Shown here in pieces: positions 28,370 through 38,174 of a stretch of 64,000 nt of DNA. Location: NCBI GenBank assembly GCA_963737905.1, contig CAVTUQ010000025.1, positions 160,001 through 224,000 on the forward strand. The letters run 5' to 3'. How positions within the stretch are numbered: position 1 is the stretch's first letter; each line of letters begins with the position of its first letter. The DNA is from an uncultured delta proteobacterium (GTDB lineage: Bacteria > Desulfobacterota > Binatia > UBA9968). The notes under the pieces are model-generated. The model did no database searches. It saw nothing but the letters and a program-made list of their open reading frames with translations, and was not told the origin of the DNA. Both the position numbers and the translations under genes were made by a program.

Positions 28370-30595
28370 TTATTTCCAGTTAATGACTCGAAGTATATTG
28401 GAGTAGTCATCGGTCCACAAGTCACCGGTGGAGCGGCCGGTGAGAGGCTTCCAGCGAGGATCAGAGAGGAACTCCGTGAGAATCGCTTGGCGGCGTGCCA
28501 TGACAACCCAACGGGATGGGAACTTGCCATCTTCGCGCTCCGCCTGTGTGGGCTGATCGTCGTGGCGCACCAAGGCCAGCAAACTGAGGTTCGAAGCCAA
28601 GCGATCCAAAACCGGCACCAGGTTCATGTAACGGTTTGAGATATGAAAAAAGAGAATGCCGTCTTCATCGAGTTTGGACAGATAAAGCTGGAGAGCCTCG
28701 CGCGTCAAGAGGTGAACGGGTATCACATCCGAGCTGAACGCGTCCAACACGAACAGCCGATATTGGCGATCGGACGCCAGGGCCAACGAGATTCTCGCGT
28801 CGCCTATAACCACGTTGATCTGCGGCGGACAGTCTCGTAGGAAGGTAAACAGATTCGCATCGCGAGCGATTCGCTCCACCAGGGGATCGATTTCGTAAAA
28901 CGTAAATTTCTGGCTCCGCGTTCCCTCACATGCGAGAGCGCCGGTCCCAAGCCCCACGATGGCGACGCTGCCGCTTCGGTAAGTCTTGGAAAACACCGAG
29001 AATACCTGCCCCACCGGTCCAGTTGGGTAATAATAGCCGCTCGGCTCAAGCCGTCTTTTCGGATCCGTTCTTTGGGTTCCATGAATCGTCGTGCCTTGAA
29101 ACAACAGATGGAACCTCTCCTCCTTGTCGACCATTGCCCGATAAACCCCGAAGAAGCTGCGATCGGCATACAGAAGCTCCCCATAAGGTCGAGTATAAAT
29201 GGTCGAAACCAAAAACAGCGCGACCATACCGAGTCCGAACCGTAAAGGTCGACAGGCGAAACTCAAGCACATTACACCGGAACCTCCGAATGCCAGAAGA
29301 TGGGCGGTTCGCGGCGCCAAGAGGGAATTGTCTCTTGACCATAAAATAATAGCCGCAACCACCAGCCCAAGTCCCGCGGGCAGCGCGACATCCAGCCAGC
29401 GGTCGGACTGAGTTTTCGGGTTCTGGCCGATGTAGGGTCGAGCGATCGCGGCGCCAATCATGGCCAACGGATACTCTTCGACTCCTTTGAAGATCAGAGG
29501 CGCCAGCAAAGCATTGAAAAAGCCACCGCAAACTCCACCGATGGAAATCCAAAGATAGAACTCCGTCAAATGGCGCGCCGGAGGTCGATCCTTCGCCAAT
29601 TCGCCGTGACAGACCAGCGCCGTCGCGAAGAAGGCGATCAGGTGCAGCGGCACGAGAATCCAAACGGGAGTCGTGGCTTGGACGAAAACCGTGAGCGCAG
29701 CAGCCAGCAACAAAAAGCCTTGCCTACGAACGATAAAAGAATGAGAGATCCAATTCCGCCGAGAAAAAGTCAGAACAAAAGACAACAGATACAGAGCGAG
29801 GGGAATAATCCAAAACAATGGAGCCGATGCAACGTCAGTGGTCACATAGGTTGTCACGCCCAAGAGCAAACTCGATGGTACCAAAGCGAGCACGACCCAG
29901 CGCATTCGCCGCTCAAAGGTCAAATCGCTGGAGTTCATCCGCAGTGACTCCCCACCATTCGTCTCTGCAGTATGATTTGGCAAATCTTCATCCGCGGGGG
30001 CGAAGAAAGATCGCCACAAGACCAAAACACAAGTCGATATGAACGCTACGAGAGCAAGGTAGCCATAAAACCAACTGCGGCTTTGTTCGGCGAGGCTAAA
30101 ATAGGGTTCTAAGACCGCAGGGTATGCAAGTAAGCCAACCATGCTCCCGAGGTTGCTGGCGGCGTAGAGAAAGTAAGGATCGCGCGCCACGGGATGGGCC
30201 GTGCTCGCAAACCACTTTTGGAGCAGGGGCGAGCCCGCAGAAAGCACAAAAAATGGGAAACCCACTGCCGCGAACAACACGGATAGAACCAGCTTCGCCG
30301 GTTGATCGACGGAAACGGAAAACCACTGATGGGGAATGAAGACGGGCAGGAACGAGACGGCAAAGAGCACCATTGTTAGATGCACAATCGCGTGTCGCTT
30401 GGTTCCAAGCCAGGTACTTCCCAAATGGGCATAGAGATAACCCGCCAGCAACAATGCCTGAAAGAAAAAAAGGCTCATGTTCCACACCGCCGGTGATCCG
30501 CCCAAGAAGGGCAAGATCATCTTGGCGATCATCGGCTGAATCAAAAACAGGAGAGCCGCGTTGACGAAGATCGTTATGGAGTAAACCAGAAACAC
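28370..30595 (-). CDS. fused membrane (MFS-like)/spermidine synthase-like SAM-binding protein
   Basis: About 13 TM then IVGLGTG, EIDP, GDAR, DAFSSD, WTDDYS. Confidence 0.88.
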   Translation of the reverse strand: MFLVYSITIFVNAALLFLIQPMIAKMILPFLGGSPAVWNMSLFFFQALLLAGYLYAHLGSTWLGTKRHAIVHLTMVLFAVSFLPVFIPHQWFSVSVDQPAKLVLSVLFAAVGFPFFVLSAGSPLLQKWFASTAHPVARDPYFLYAASNLGSMVGLLAYPAVLEPYFSLAEQSRSWFYGYLALVAFISTCVLVLWRSFFAPADEDLPNHTAETNGGESLRMNSSDLTFERRMRWVVLALVPSSLLLGVTTYVTTDVASAPLFWIIPLALYLLSFVLTFSRRNWISHSFIVRRQGFLLLAAALTVFVQATTPVWILVPLHLIAFFATALVCHGELAKDRPPARHLTEFYLWISIGGVCGGFFNALLAPLIFKGVEEYPLAMIGAAIARPYIGQNPKTQSDRWLDVALPAGLGLVVAAIILWSRDNSLLAPRTAHLLAFGGSGVMCLSFACRPLRFGLGMVALFLVSTIYTRPYGELLYADRSFFGVYRAMVDKEERFHLLFQGTTIHGTQRTDPKRRLEPSGYYYPTGPVGQVFSVFSKTYRSGSVAIVGLGTGALACEGTRSQKFTFYEIDPLVERIARDANLFTFLRDCPPQINVVIGDARISLALASDRQYRLFVLDAFSSDVIPVHLLTREALQLYLSKLDEDGILFFHISNRYMNLVPVLDRLASNLSLLALVRHDDQPTQAEREDGKFPSRWVVMARRQAILTEFLSDPRWKPLTGRSTGDLWTDDYSNILRVINWK

Positions 30596-30682
30596 GTGTA
30601 AACCAACCTAGACCGGGCGGTGCTTGCTGCTGCGCTGGATCGCTAGGGCATTTTGAAGGAACACGTCAAGATCGGATTTTTG

Positions 30683-30699
30683 AGCAATGAATGTGCCAA
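30683..30699 (-). promoter_or_regulatory. sigma54 -24/-12 promoter
   Basis: Minus strand TTGGCACATTCATTGCT = TGGCAC-N5-TTGC, about 90 bp upstream of the 30595 start. Confidence 0.75.
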
Positions 30700-31022
30700 T
30701 TTTTAGCCTCGATGGAGCAAAAGGTTTTCAAACTCGAAAGAAACACGAGAGACTAGCGGTAACCGGGGAAACTGGCTGAGCGATGGGATGCCAGAAGAAA
30801 CTGCCGAGCATCCCTGGCAAGACTTGTTCGGACCGGATACAAAAAATGTACGTCCGGCTTGCTTGCTATGTTCATTTCTGTGCTGCATCCGCCCTTATGA
30901 ATCCCGCAGGCTAAAATGTTTTATCAGCCATCTTGTTGCGTTATTGCATTGACAATCAGCGTGACACTTGGCTAAAGATGGGCCTGTCCTAAGTGCGATC
31001 ATTCTGGATGTTGGGAGAGAAC

Positions 31023-31220
31023 ATGGCACAAGAAATTACGCTGGCGGAATTGAAGGCGATGGCACAGCGGTCGGAATTGCCATTGGCCGACCAAGAACTA
31101 GAAAGGCTGCTTCCAGGGGTCAATCATACCTACCATCAGACACGGGAACTTCGCAGACTCATCACGGATCGCACCGAGCCGGCAGCCGCTTTTGTCGCTT
31201 GGCAAATTGAAAACAGGTAG
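31023..31220 (+). CDS. small GatC/AtzG-like amidase partner protein
   Basis: 65 aa helical protein ending EPAAAF, directly before an amidase; GGGAGA RBS. Confidence 0.6.
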   Translation: MAQEITLAELKAMAQRSELPLADQELERLLPGVNHTYHQTRELRRLITDRTEPAAAFVAWQIENR

Positions 31221-31227
31221 TTGACCC

Positions 31228-31857
31228 ATGATACCAACCGAGCTGTCTTATCTTGATATAATAGAAGCTTCGATGAAAACAGGGGGACTGAACCAGAAAC
31301 TGAAAGGCTTTTCGACGACGCCTTGAAGACATTGGAAAGCCTTGGTGTCACTGTCGTTGAAATTGACGGACGACCCTTTTCATTGGCCCGTAAAGCGAAC
31401 CAGACAATTCTTGTCGCGGAAGCCTATGCCTATCACGAAAAGCGATTTCAAGAAGCGCCGCAGAAATTCGGCAGTTCCGTTCGAAGACGAATGCTCGAAG
31501 GCGCCTTTCTGAGTGCGGCGGATTACATAAGCGCTCTGCGAGCCCGAACCGCCTTGAATGAGCAAATTCGTGCAAACTTCTCCCGGGTGGATGTTTTCGC
31601 CACGCCGACTGCGCCGCGTCCACCTGAGGCCTTTGAAGCCATAGACCCAAATGAACAGAACCTGCGCCCGAGCTTTACCAATCCCTTTTAATCTGACGGG
31701 ACTGCCGGCCATTTCCCTCCCCTGCGGCTTTACCAAGGACAACCTGCCAGTCGGCCTGCAGATCGTTGCACAGCCCTTTAGGGAAAGTACCGCGTTTCGG
31801 GTCGCCTACGCATACGAGCAGGGAACAGAGTGGCATAGGCACAGACCGAAACTATGA
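31228..31857 (+). pseudogene. amidase (AS family) with large internal deletion and frameshift
   Basis: N-terminus MIPTELSYLDIIEAS joined out of frame (~31270) to the C-terminal part ...PTAP...NPF/NLTGLPAISLPCG...LPVGLQ; amidase signature absent. Confidence 0.8.
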
Positions 31858-31892
31858 GCAGCACCCATAGAAATTTGAAATTGCCATTCTAG

Positions 31893-33359
31893 TTAAGTAT
31901 CGTTGAAAATCTGGAAATACATTTCCGCCAACGCTGGCTCCATGGTTTTCGCAGCCGCCATTTCTCGCTCAATCGCAGGATTGAGCCGCTCGCGGGCTTT
32001 GGTAGCCAGAGCGAGAACTTCCGTCTCATCGAGCTTCGCTAAATGTCCGCCTTGTACGACTACTTCTCCATTAACAATCACGGTATCTACGGAGCTGCCG
32101 TTTTCACAGAAAGCCAGCTGACTCATCACGTCGTTCAGCGGCGTGAAAGAAGGCGTATCCAGCCGGAGGAGAACCAAATCGGCTAGTTTGCCCGGCGCCA
32201 AAACTCCGGCATCGAGGGCGAATGCGCGCGCACCGTTGCGCGTGGCCATAGCCAGCACCTGGGTTGGCATCACCCAATGGTTGAAGTCGGTGCCGGCTTG
32301 GTTGTGAATCAACGCCACCAGTCGGAGGGCGTCGAACATATTCTGTCCATCATTAGACGCCGCTCCGTCCGAGCCCAGGGCTACCTGCACCCCTTTCGAA
32401 AGAAAATCACGAACCGGCGCGAGTCCACTGCCGAGGCGCAAATTGCTCGCAGGATTGTGCACTGGCGTCGCGCCGCTTTTGGCGAAAAGTTCAATGTCCG
32501 CAGTCTCGATCCAGATTGAATGCGCCGTTGAAAGATTGGGACCGAGGATACCCAACGAATCCAGGTGCTGAAGCAACGAAGTTCCGTACAGCCGTTTGCC
32601 CATCACTGCCTGGGCTTTCGTTTCGGCGAGATGGATGTGGATCGGCAGCTTTCTTTTGTAGGCGATGTCCGCGGCCCCACGTAGAAGCTCATCCGAGCAA
32701 CGCTGGACTGCCGACGGTCCCGGACAACAAGTCGTTAACCTATCCGGGTCATGAAACGTATCGATGAACTCCTCGCATTCGTCGAGCCAGGCTTGTGTCG
32801 TCTTCGCTTCGCTCGCACTCATGAGTTTGATCTCTTCAGTCAGGTTTGACCCGGTTTTGCTTAATGGGATCGTTTCTTCATAGTTCTTGTCGGAAAGCGT
32901 GAGCGAAATGACATGGCGCAACCCAAGATCGCGCATGGCTTGAATCGCCGCACCCGCGCCCATGAAGCGGCACATTTGATTGCCAAAGAAGTGATCGAGA
33001 ACTGTAGTCGCGCCGTTCTTGAGCATTTCCATCCCCCCAAGCAGGGCACTTGCGTAAAAATCCTCTTCGCGCATGTCACGCAGCGACGCGCGGTAGTAGG
33101 CGCGCCAAATCTCCAGGGGCTTGCTCGGCATCATGCCGCGTACGAGATTGGCCGGCGAGTGGCAGTGAGCATTGACCATGCCCGGCATGGCGATTCGCCG
33201 ATCGCCTTCGATGGTGATGTCGAAGGGACCGGATGGCGTCCATTCGGCGGGTCCAACATAAACTAGCTTGTTGCCATCGATAGCGACAGAGCCTTTTTCG
33301 ATGACTTCGCTCTGCGCGTTCATCGTCACAATGAGAGCGTTACGAATCAATATTTTCAT
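31893..33359 (-). CDS. amidohydrolase family deaminase (MTA/SAH, AtzA/TrzA-like)
   Basis: NAHCH, HIHLAE, AHSIW, HNPASN, LGSDG. Confidence 0.88.
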   Translation of the reverse strand: MKILIRNALIVTMNAQSEVIEKGSVAIDGNKLVYVGPAEWTPSGPFDITIEGDRRIAMPGMVNAHCHSPANLVRGMMPSKPLEIWRAYYRASLRDMREEDFYASALLGGMEMLKNGATTVLDHFFGNQMCRFMGAGAAIQAMRDLGLRHVISLTLSDKNYEETIPLSKTGSNLTEEIKLMSASEAKTTQAWLDECEEFIDTFHDPDRLTTCCPGPSAVQRCSDELLRGAADIAYKRKLPIHIHLAETKAQAVMGKRLYGTSLLQHLDSLGILGPNLSTAHSIWIETADIELFAKSGATPVHNPASNLRLGSGLAPVRDFLSKGVQVALGSDGAASNDGQNMFDALRLVALIHNQAGTDFNHWVMPTQVLAMATRNGARAFALDAGVLAPGKLADLVLLRLDTPSFTPLNDVMSQLAFCENGSSVDTVIVNGEVVVQGGHLAKLDETEVLALATKARERLNPAIEREMAAAKTMEPALAEMYFQIFNDT

Positions 33360-33440
33360 GGCACACCTCGAGTTAGACCCAGTGAAACCAGGCGGAGAAA
33401 TAAAGCTGCGAAAAACAATTCTAAAGGGCAGGGAGAAGAG

Positions 33441-33506
33441 TCGTTGGGTTCCTCGTCTCCCGTTTTTAGTTAACTCGAAACCAGGAACACGAAACCCGAA
33501 GCCGTG
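33441..33506. repeat. intergenic 7-bp periodic imperfect inverted element
   Basis: aactcga aaccagg aacacga aacccga facing a tcgtt/cgttt-rich left arm. Confidence 0.35.
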
Positions 33507-33521
33507 GACAATGGATTGAGA

Positions 33522-34190
33522 TCACACAAAGCCCATCTTGCGGCCCCAATTCTCGGGGTCTTTGAGAAAATCGACTATCTGCTTGCTGGCGTTTTCAGCG
33601 AAGTAGCTCTTGCTGAGACCCGTGTCGAGCACATCGTCCCAGTTAGCGAGCACGTGCAGGTTGATGTCATTTTTCGCGAGGTTGTCTCTCCCCTCGTGCT
33701 GATTCAATCGGTCTGAGGCGTAGTCGAAGACGCACAGACAATGAGTCATCTTCGCTCCCGCCGCGCGAATACCGATGTTGAAGCGAAGCTTGCTCAATCC
33801 GTCCGTGATAAGATCTTCAACCAACAAGACTCTCTTCCCGGCTTCCAGAATCCCTTCGATCTGTTTTGAGCCACCATAACCTTTGGGTTGCTTGCGGATA
33901 TAGATCATCGGCTTCTTGATCAGATGAGAAACAAACGAGGCGTAAGGAATACCCGCCGTCTCTCCTCCCGCAACGATATCGATATTAGCCAAGCCAATGG
34001 CGGTTTCCGCCTTTTCGGCAAGCTCAGTTACGATGTACTCGCGCTCTTCGGGGAACGAAAGAATTTTACGGCAATCGATGTAGACCGGCGAGATTCGACC
34101 CGAGACAAAGACAAAAGGTTTGTCCTTGTAGACTTGGATGGCTTCCGTCCGAAGCAGCATCTCTGCAATTCTTTGGGCAACGTCGCTCAT
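33522..34190 (-). CDS. pyrE: orotate phosphoribosyltransferase
   Basis: SGRISPVYIDCR, GGETAGIP, RKQPKGYG, LVEDLITDG. Confidence 0.9.
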   Translation of the reverse strand: MSDVAQRIAEMLLRTEAIQVYKDKPFVFVSGRISPVYIDCRKILSFPEEREYIVTELAEKAETAIGLANIDIVAGGETAGIPYASFVSHLIKKPMIYIRKQPKGYGGSKQIEGILEAGKRVLLVEDLITDGLSKLRFNIGIRAAGAKMTHCLCVFDYASDRLNQHEGRDNLAKNDINLHVLANWDDVLDTGLSKSYFAENASKQIVDFLKDPENWGRKMGFV

Positions 34191-34360
34191 AGAAAACTAC
34201 CCTTCGCGTCTCTGGAATACGCAGGCTATAACATAGCCCTTTCCCGTTTCCAACATTAGGATCACCTAACGAGCGCGGTTTTTATCACGGGATCTAAGCT
34301 GGTAGAATAGAATTTGTGAAATTGCGCCAAGACGTCCCGGCATCACCACTTTCAAACAAT

Positions 34361-35614
34361 ATGGCTATCAACAAGCGCCGTCTGCTCCGCGATCTTAATG
34401 CGGTGTCACGTATTGGCATCGGCGATCATGGTTCGGTTACAAGGCTGGTTTTTTCAATTAAGGAGTTGCGTAGTCGCCAATTTCTCATTCACCAAATGCG
34501 TCAAATCGGCCTGCAGATCCACATCGACCGGGTCGGCAATATTTTTGGGAGGCTGGATGGCCACAATGCGAAAACGCCCGCTCTCCTCGTCGGTTCGCAT
34601 CTGGACACGGTTCTCCATGGGGGAAAGTTCGACGGTACCATGGGTGTTATTGCAGCGCTCGAGGCGGTACGAACGCTCAAGGAAAAGCACTTTGCCTTAG
34701 CATCGCCCGTAGAAGTTGTTTGTTTTGTCGGCGAGGAGTCAAGCCGCTTCGGCTATTCGACTCTTGGGAGCAGCTTAGTCGCGGGAGAAGTTCACGCCAA
34801 GGACCTTGCCTATGCCGCGGATGCCCAGGGAACCAAACTGTCGGATATCTTGGCGAGCATGGGCATCTACCGAAACAACCTAAGATCCATGCGTCGCGAC
34901 CCATCTACCATCAAGGCTTATCTGGAGCTGCACATTGAACAAGGACCCATTCTGGAAGCAAAAAGAAAGTCCATTGGTGTCGTCACCTCCATCGCGGCAC
35001 CGACCCGATTTAGAGTTGTGTTCGCCGGTCAAGCCGATCACTCCGGCACGACTCCAATGGAGATGCGCAAAGATGCTCTTGCGGGAGCCTCCGAGTTCAT
35101 CGTCGCCCTGGAAAAAATTTGTCGTCAATACTCGCGGATGGAGAAAGGCCGGGTGGTCGGCACCGTCGGCGCGATAAAGATCGAGCCCGGAGTGATTAAC
35201 GCGATCCCAGGGAGAGCCGAACTTTCAGTCGACATCCGTAGCATCACCGCAGATGCCAAAAGACGAGTGGTCCGGTTGGTTCACGCTCGAATCCGCCAAA
35301 TCGCGCGGCGCAGAAAGATCCAAGTCGAGATCTTGCCCTTGCGCGAAGAAGACCCCGTTCCCCTGGATAAAAGACTCATTCGTCTGCTAAAAGAGTGCTG
35401 CGAGTCGAGAAATATCGCGTATGAAATTATGCCTTCGGGAGCTGGGCATGATGCCATGCAGATGGCCAAGGTTACGCCCGCCGGAATGCTGTTCATTCCC
35501 AGTCGGCGCGGCATCAGTCATAGTCCGTTGGAATGGTCCGAGCCAGAGGACATCTGCTTGGGTGCGCAACTGCTATTGGATTCCATAATTCGAGTAGCCA
35601 ATGAAACGACCTAA
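34361..35614 (+). CDS. M20 N-carbamoyl-amino-acid / allantoate amidohydrolase
   Basis: GSHLDT, FDG, EESSRF, ELHIEQG, GAGHDA, SH. Confidence 0.9.
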   Translation: MAINKRRLLRDLNAVSRIGIGDHGSVTRLVFSIKELRSRQFLIHQMRQIGLQIHIDRVGNIFGRLDGHNAKTPALLVGSHLDTVLHGGKFDGTMGVIAALEAVRTLKEKHFALASPVEVVCFVGEESSRFGYSTLGSSLVAGEVHAKDLAYAADAQGTKLSDILASMGIYRNNLRSMRRDPSTIKAYLELHIEQGPILEAKRKSIGVVTSIAAPTRFRVVFAGQADHSGTTPMEMRKDALAGASEFIVALEKICRQYSRMEKGRVVGTVGAIKIEPGVINAIPGRAELSVDIRSITADAKRRVVRLVHARIRQIARRRKIQVEILPLREEDPVPLDKRLIRLLKECCESRNIAYEIMPSGAGHDAMQMAKVTPAGMLFIPSRRGISHSPLEWSEPEDICLGAQLLLDSIIRVANETT

Positions 35615-36140
35615 AACCGTACGAATCCTGAACGCTCCGGACATTAAGACAAATCTAGAGCGTATGGCCCATTCAATCCTTCGTCAAAACAAAGCGTTGG
35701 ACTCGCTCGGATTTATCGGCATCCGGACCCGCGGCCTTTTCCTCGCCAAACGGCTGTGTGAGATTATAGAAAAGTCAAATGGCAAAGAAGTGCCCCTCGG
35801 AGAAATGGACATCACGCTATACCGAGATGATCTCAACGCTCTTCTGCCCCACGGCAAGGTGGATCACACGCAAATTCCCTTCGATATTAATAACAAGACG
35901 ATCATCTTATTTGACGACGTATTACACACAGGCCGGACGGTACGCGCGGCGGTAGACCATCTCATCGATCTAGGCCGCCCCAAAGCTATTCATCTTGCGG
36001 TGCTGATTGATCGCGGCGGACGTGAATTTCCCATCGCCGCCAGTTTCATCGGCAAGAAGATCAACTTACCAGGGAAGGGCGAGGTTCGATTGAAACTGAG
36101 GGAAGTAGATGGCAAAGACGAAGTCGTAGTCACCAGATAA
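35601..36140 (+). CDS. pyrR: bifunctional pyr regulator / uracil phosphoribosyltransferase
   Basis: GIRTRG, DITLYRDDL, DDVLHTGRTVRAA, DRGGREFPI. Confidence 0.92.
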   Translation: MKRPKTVRILNAPDIKTNLERMAHSILRQNKALDSLGFIGIRTRGLFLAKRLCEIIEKSNGKEVPLGEMDITLYRDDLNALLPHGKVDHTQIPFDINNKTIILFDDVLHTGRTVRAAVDHLIDLGRPKAIHLAVLIDRGGREFPIAASFIGKKINLPGKGEVRLKLREVDGKDEVVVTR

Positions 36141-36238
36141 CGCCAATTCCATCTTTCCAGGAAACTGTTTCAAGTAGAAGTGAAAATCGAAAAGATCAAT
36201 GGCGATCTGGAACTGACAGAGCGAAAAACCGTCAACTA

Positions 36239-36940
36239 TCAGGCTACCCGTTCGAGAGTCATTCGACGTCTCAGAACTAAGGCCATGACGTCGCAGCCCT
36301 TACAGTGTGTCTCGATAAACCGACGAAGCGAAGCGAGTTCCACAGGCAAGAAGTATAGCGTACACCTCTCTGTGAGGGCATCGAGAACACTGCTATCAAC
36401 GGTCCCGTAAGAAATCGAGTCGTCCGTGTATGAGATTTCGCTTATTTGAATGCGACGTGGATCGAGGGTTTTCACCACTTCCTTGATCAATCCGATGAAC
36501 AAGTTGATCTTGTCATCATCGGGGCAAGTTGCGGGCGCCCAAGAAAAGTGATTTTTCATTTCTTTCTTAATTTCGTTTTCTTGAATCTCGACCGTTAGGT
36601 CCGTCTCTGTCAGGCGACCGCGAACGAATTCATAGCTCATGGGTTCCTGAATGCTCTTTCGCGAACGGCGCAGAATATAGCGGTCGTGACCGTTGGTCAC
36701 CTCGATATAACCGACACTCATGGGATCCAGTGGCGAGCCACCAGGGAAGAGTTTCTCGCCGCTAGCCCTTAGAGGTTCTAAGCGATGGCCAGCGTGTTGT
36801 GTCATAAACAACCGCCAATCATCGGTTTCCTGTGCTTCGACTGCATCACCTACAAAAACAAAAGCCGGAGCTTTATCAAACGGAGAAACGTGATGGATAG
36901 CGTCACAGACACAGCAATGGATAAACTTTTCGCTACCCAT
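36239..36940 (-). CDS. hypothetical protein with possible CxxC...HxxH metal site
   Basis: 233 aa; CCVC..HH and QHAGH; overlaps the upstream kinase stop by 8 nt. Confidence 0.75.
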   Translation of the reverse strand: MGSEKFIHCCVCDAIHHVSPFDKAPAFVFVGDAVEAQETDDWRLFMTQHAGHRLEPLRASGEKLFPGGSPLDPMSVGYIEVTNGHDRYILRRSRKSIQEPMSYEFVRGRLTETDLTVEIQENEIKKEMKNHFSWAPATCPDDDKINLFIGLIKEVVKTLDPRRIQISEISYTDDSISYGTVDSSVLDALTERCTLYFLPVELASLRRFIETHCKGCDVMALVLRRRMTLERVA

Positions 36941-38054
36941 ACTTGCGCTGCTCCGTGAGCAGGGGAGCCGCGACGCTCGCCTGGGAAGGAAATTTCATCA
37001 GGACGCGAGTGCCTCTGCCCGCTTCACTGTTGATTTCTAGCATTCCACCGATGAGCTCAGCCATCCGGCGCGCGACCGTGAGCCCTAAACCCAACCCGGC
37101 GAAGGAGCGGTGAGACGATGTATCGACCTGGTGAAATGGCTCAAAGATCGAGTCCATCTTATTTTTTTCTATACCGATCCCTGTGTCTGTAACTTCGAAC
37201 TCAATACTCGAATGGTCAGCCGTGGGACGAGCCTTGACTCTAATTTCCCCCTGAGCTGTGAATTTGATTGCGTTGTTAAAAACGTTCTGAAAGATCCTTT
37301 CGACCTTAGAGCGATCACTGACAATTGAAATTCCGGTATCAGCCATTTCAATCGAGAGCGCGAGTCCCTTCTCGGCCAGGATCCGCTCGTATCGCTTGAC
37401 CGCTTCACGCACGACTTCACGGGCGTCGAATTTTTCGATGGTTGCTGTCGCATCGCCGGCGTTGAGAGAAGTCATCCAGAGCACATTATCGATGAGTTCC
37501 AATAATTCCTCGGAGTTACGGTAGACGGTTTCCAAAACCTTTTGTTGCTCCTCGCTCAGTTTGCCAATCACCTGGTTCAGGAGCAGGTAAACAAAACCCA
37601 CCACCACACTCAGGGGAGTTCTCAGCTCATGTGAAATATTAGAGAGAAAATCCGATTTGACCTGTCTTAACTTGCTCTTCGCATTCCGGCGCTCAAGCCC
37701 GCGGCGAACCAGAGATAGGATGTGATTTACATCAAAAGGTTTGGAAATATAGTCAAATGCGCCCAGGCGCAACCCCTCGATCGCCGTATCCAAGGACCCA
37801 TACCCGGTGATGATTATTGCTTCGATATCCGGATCGTACTCCTTCAGCTTTTCGAGCACATGGATTCCTGAGACCCCGGGCATTTTGAGGTCCAACGTCA
37901 CGAGATCGACCGGAAACTTGCCGAGCATTTCAACTGCCTGTCCACCGCGCTCCGCAACGTGTACGTTATAATAGGGGTTGAGAATCATCTTTAATGATTC
38001 CCTGGGACCCATTTCGTCGTCGACAACAAGAATGTGAGGCTTGCTTGTATCCAT
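36933..38054 (-). CDS. cytoplasmic hybrid REC-histidine kinase
   Basis: VVDDE, LDLKMP, KPF; SHELRTPL; NAIKF, DTGIG, GLGL. Confidence 0.93.
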   Translation of the reverse strand: MDTSKPHILVVDDEMGPRESLKMILNPYYNVHVAERGGQAVEMLGKFPVDLVTLDLKMPGVSGIHVLEKLKEYDPDIEAIIITGYGSLDTAIEGLRLGAFDYISKPFDVNHILSLVRRGLERRNAKSKLRQVKSDFLSNISHELRTPLSVVVGFVYLLLNQVIGKLSEEQQKVLETVYRNSEELLELIDNVLWMTSLNAGDATATIEKFDAREVVREAVKRYERILAEKGLALSIEMADTGISIVSDRSKVERIFQNVFNNAIKFTAQGEIRVKARPTADHSSIEFEVTDTGIGIEKNKMDSIFEPFHQVDTSSHRSFAGLGLGLTVARRMAELIGGMLEINSEAGRGTRVLMKFPSQASVAAPLLTEQRKYG

Positions 38055-38067
38055 GCCCGCGGCTTAC

Positions 38068-38084
38068 AGCAAGGAGCATGCCAA
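38068..38084 (-). promoter_or_regulatory. sigma54 -24/-12 promoter
   Basis: Minus strand TTGGCATGCTCCTTGCT (TGGCAT-N5-TTGC) just upstream of ATG 38054. Confidence 0.7.
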
Positions 38085-38174
38085 TGAATAGGAAAAGCCC
38101 AAATGACGAATTTACAAGCGTAATTTTAAGCCAAGGAAAGGAATAGAGAGAGTTAAGGGAACAATTTTGTCCAA

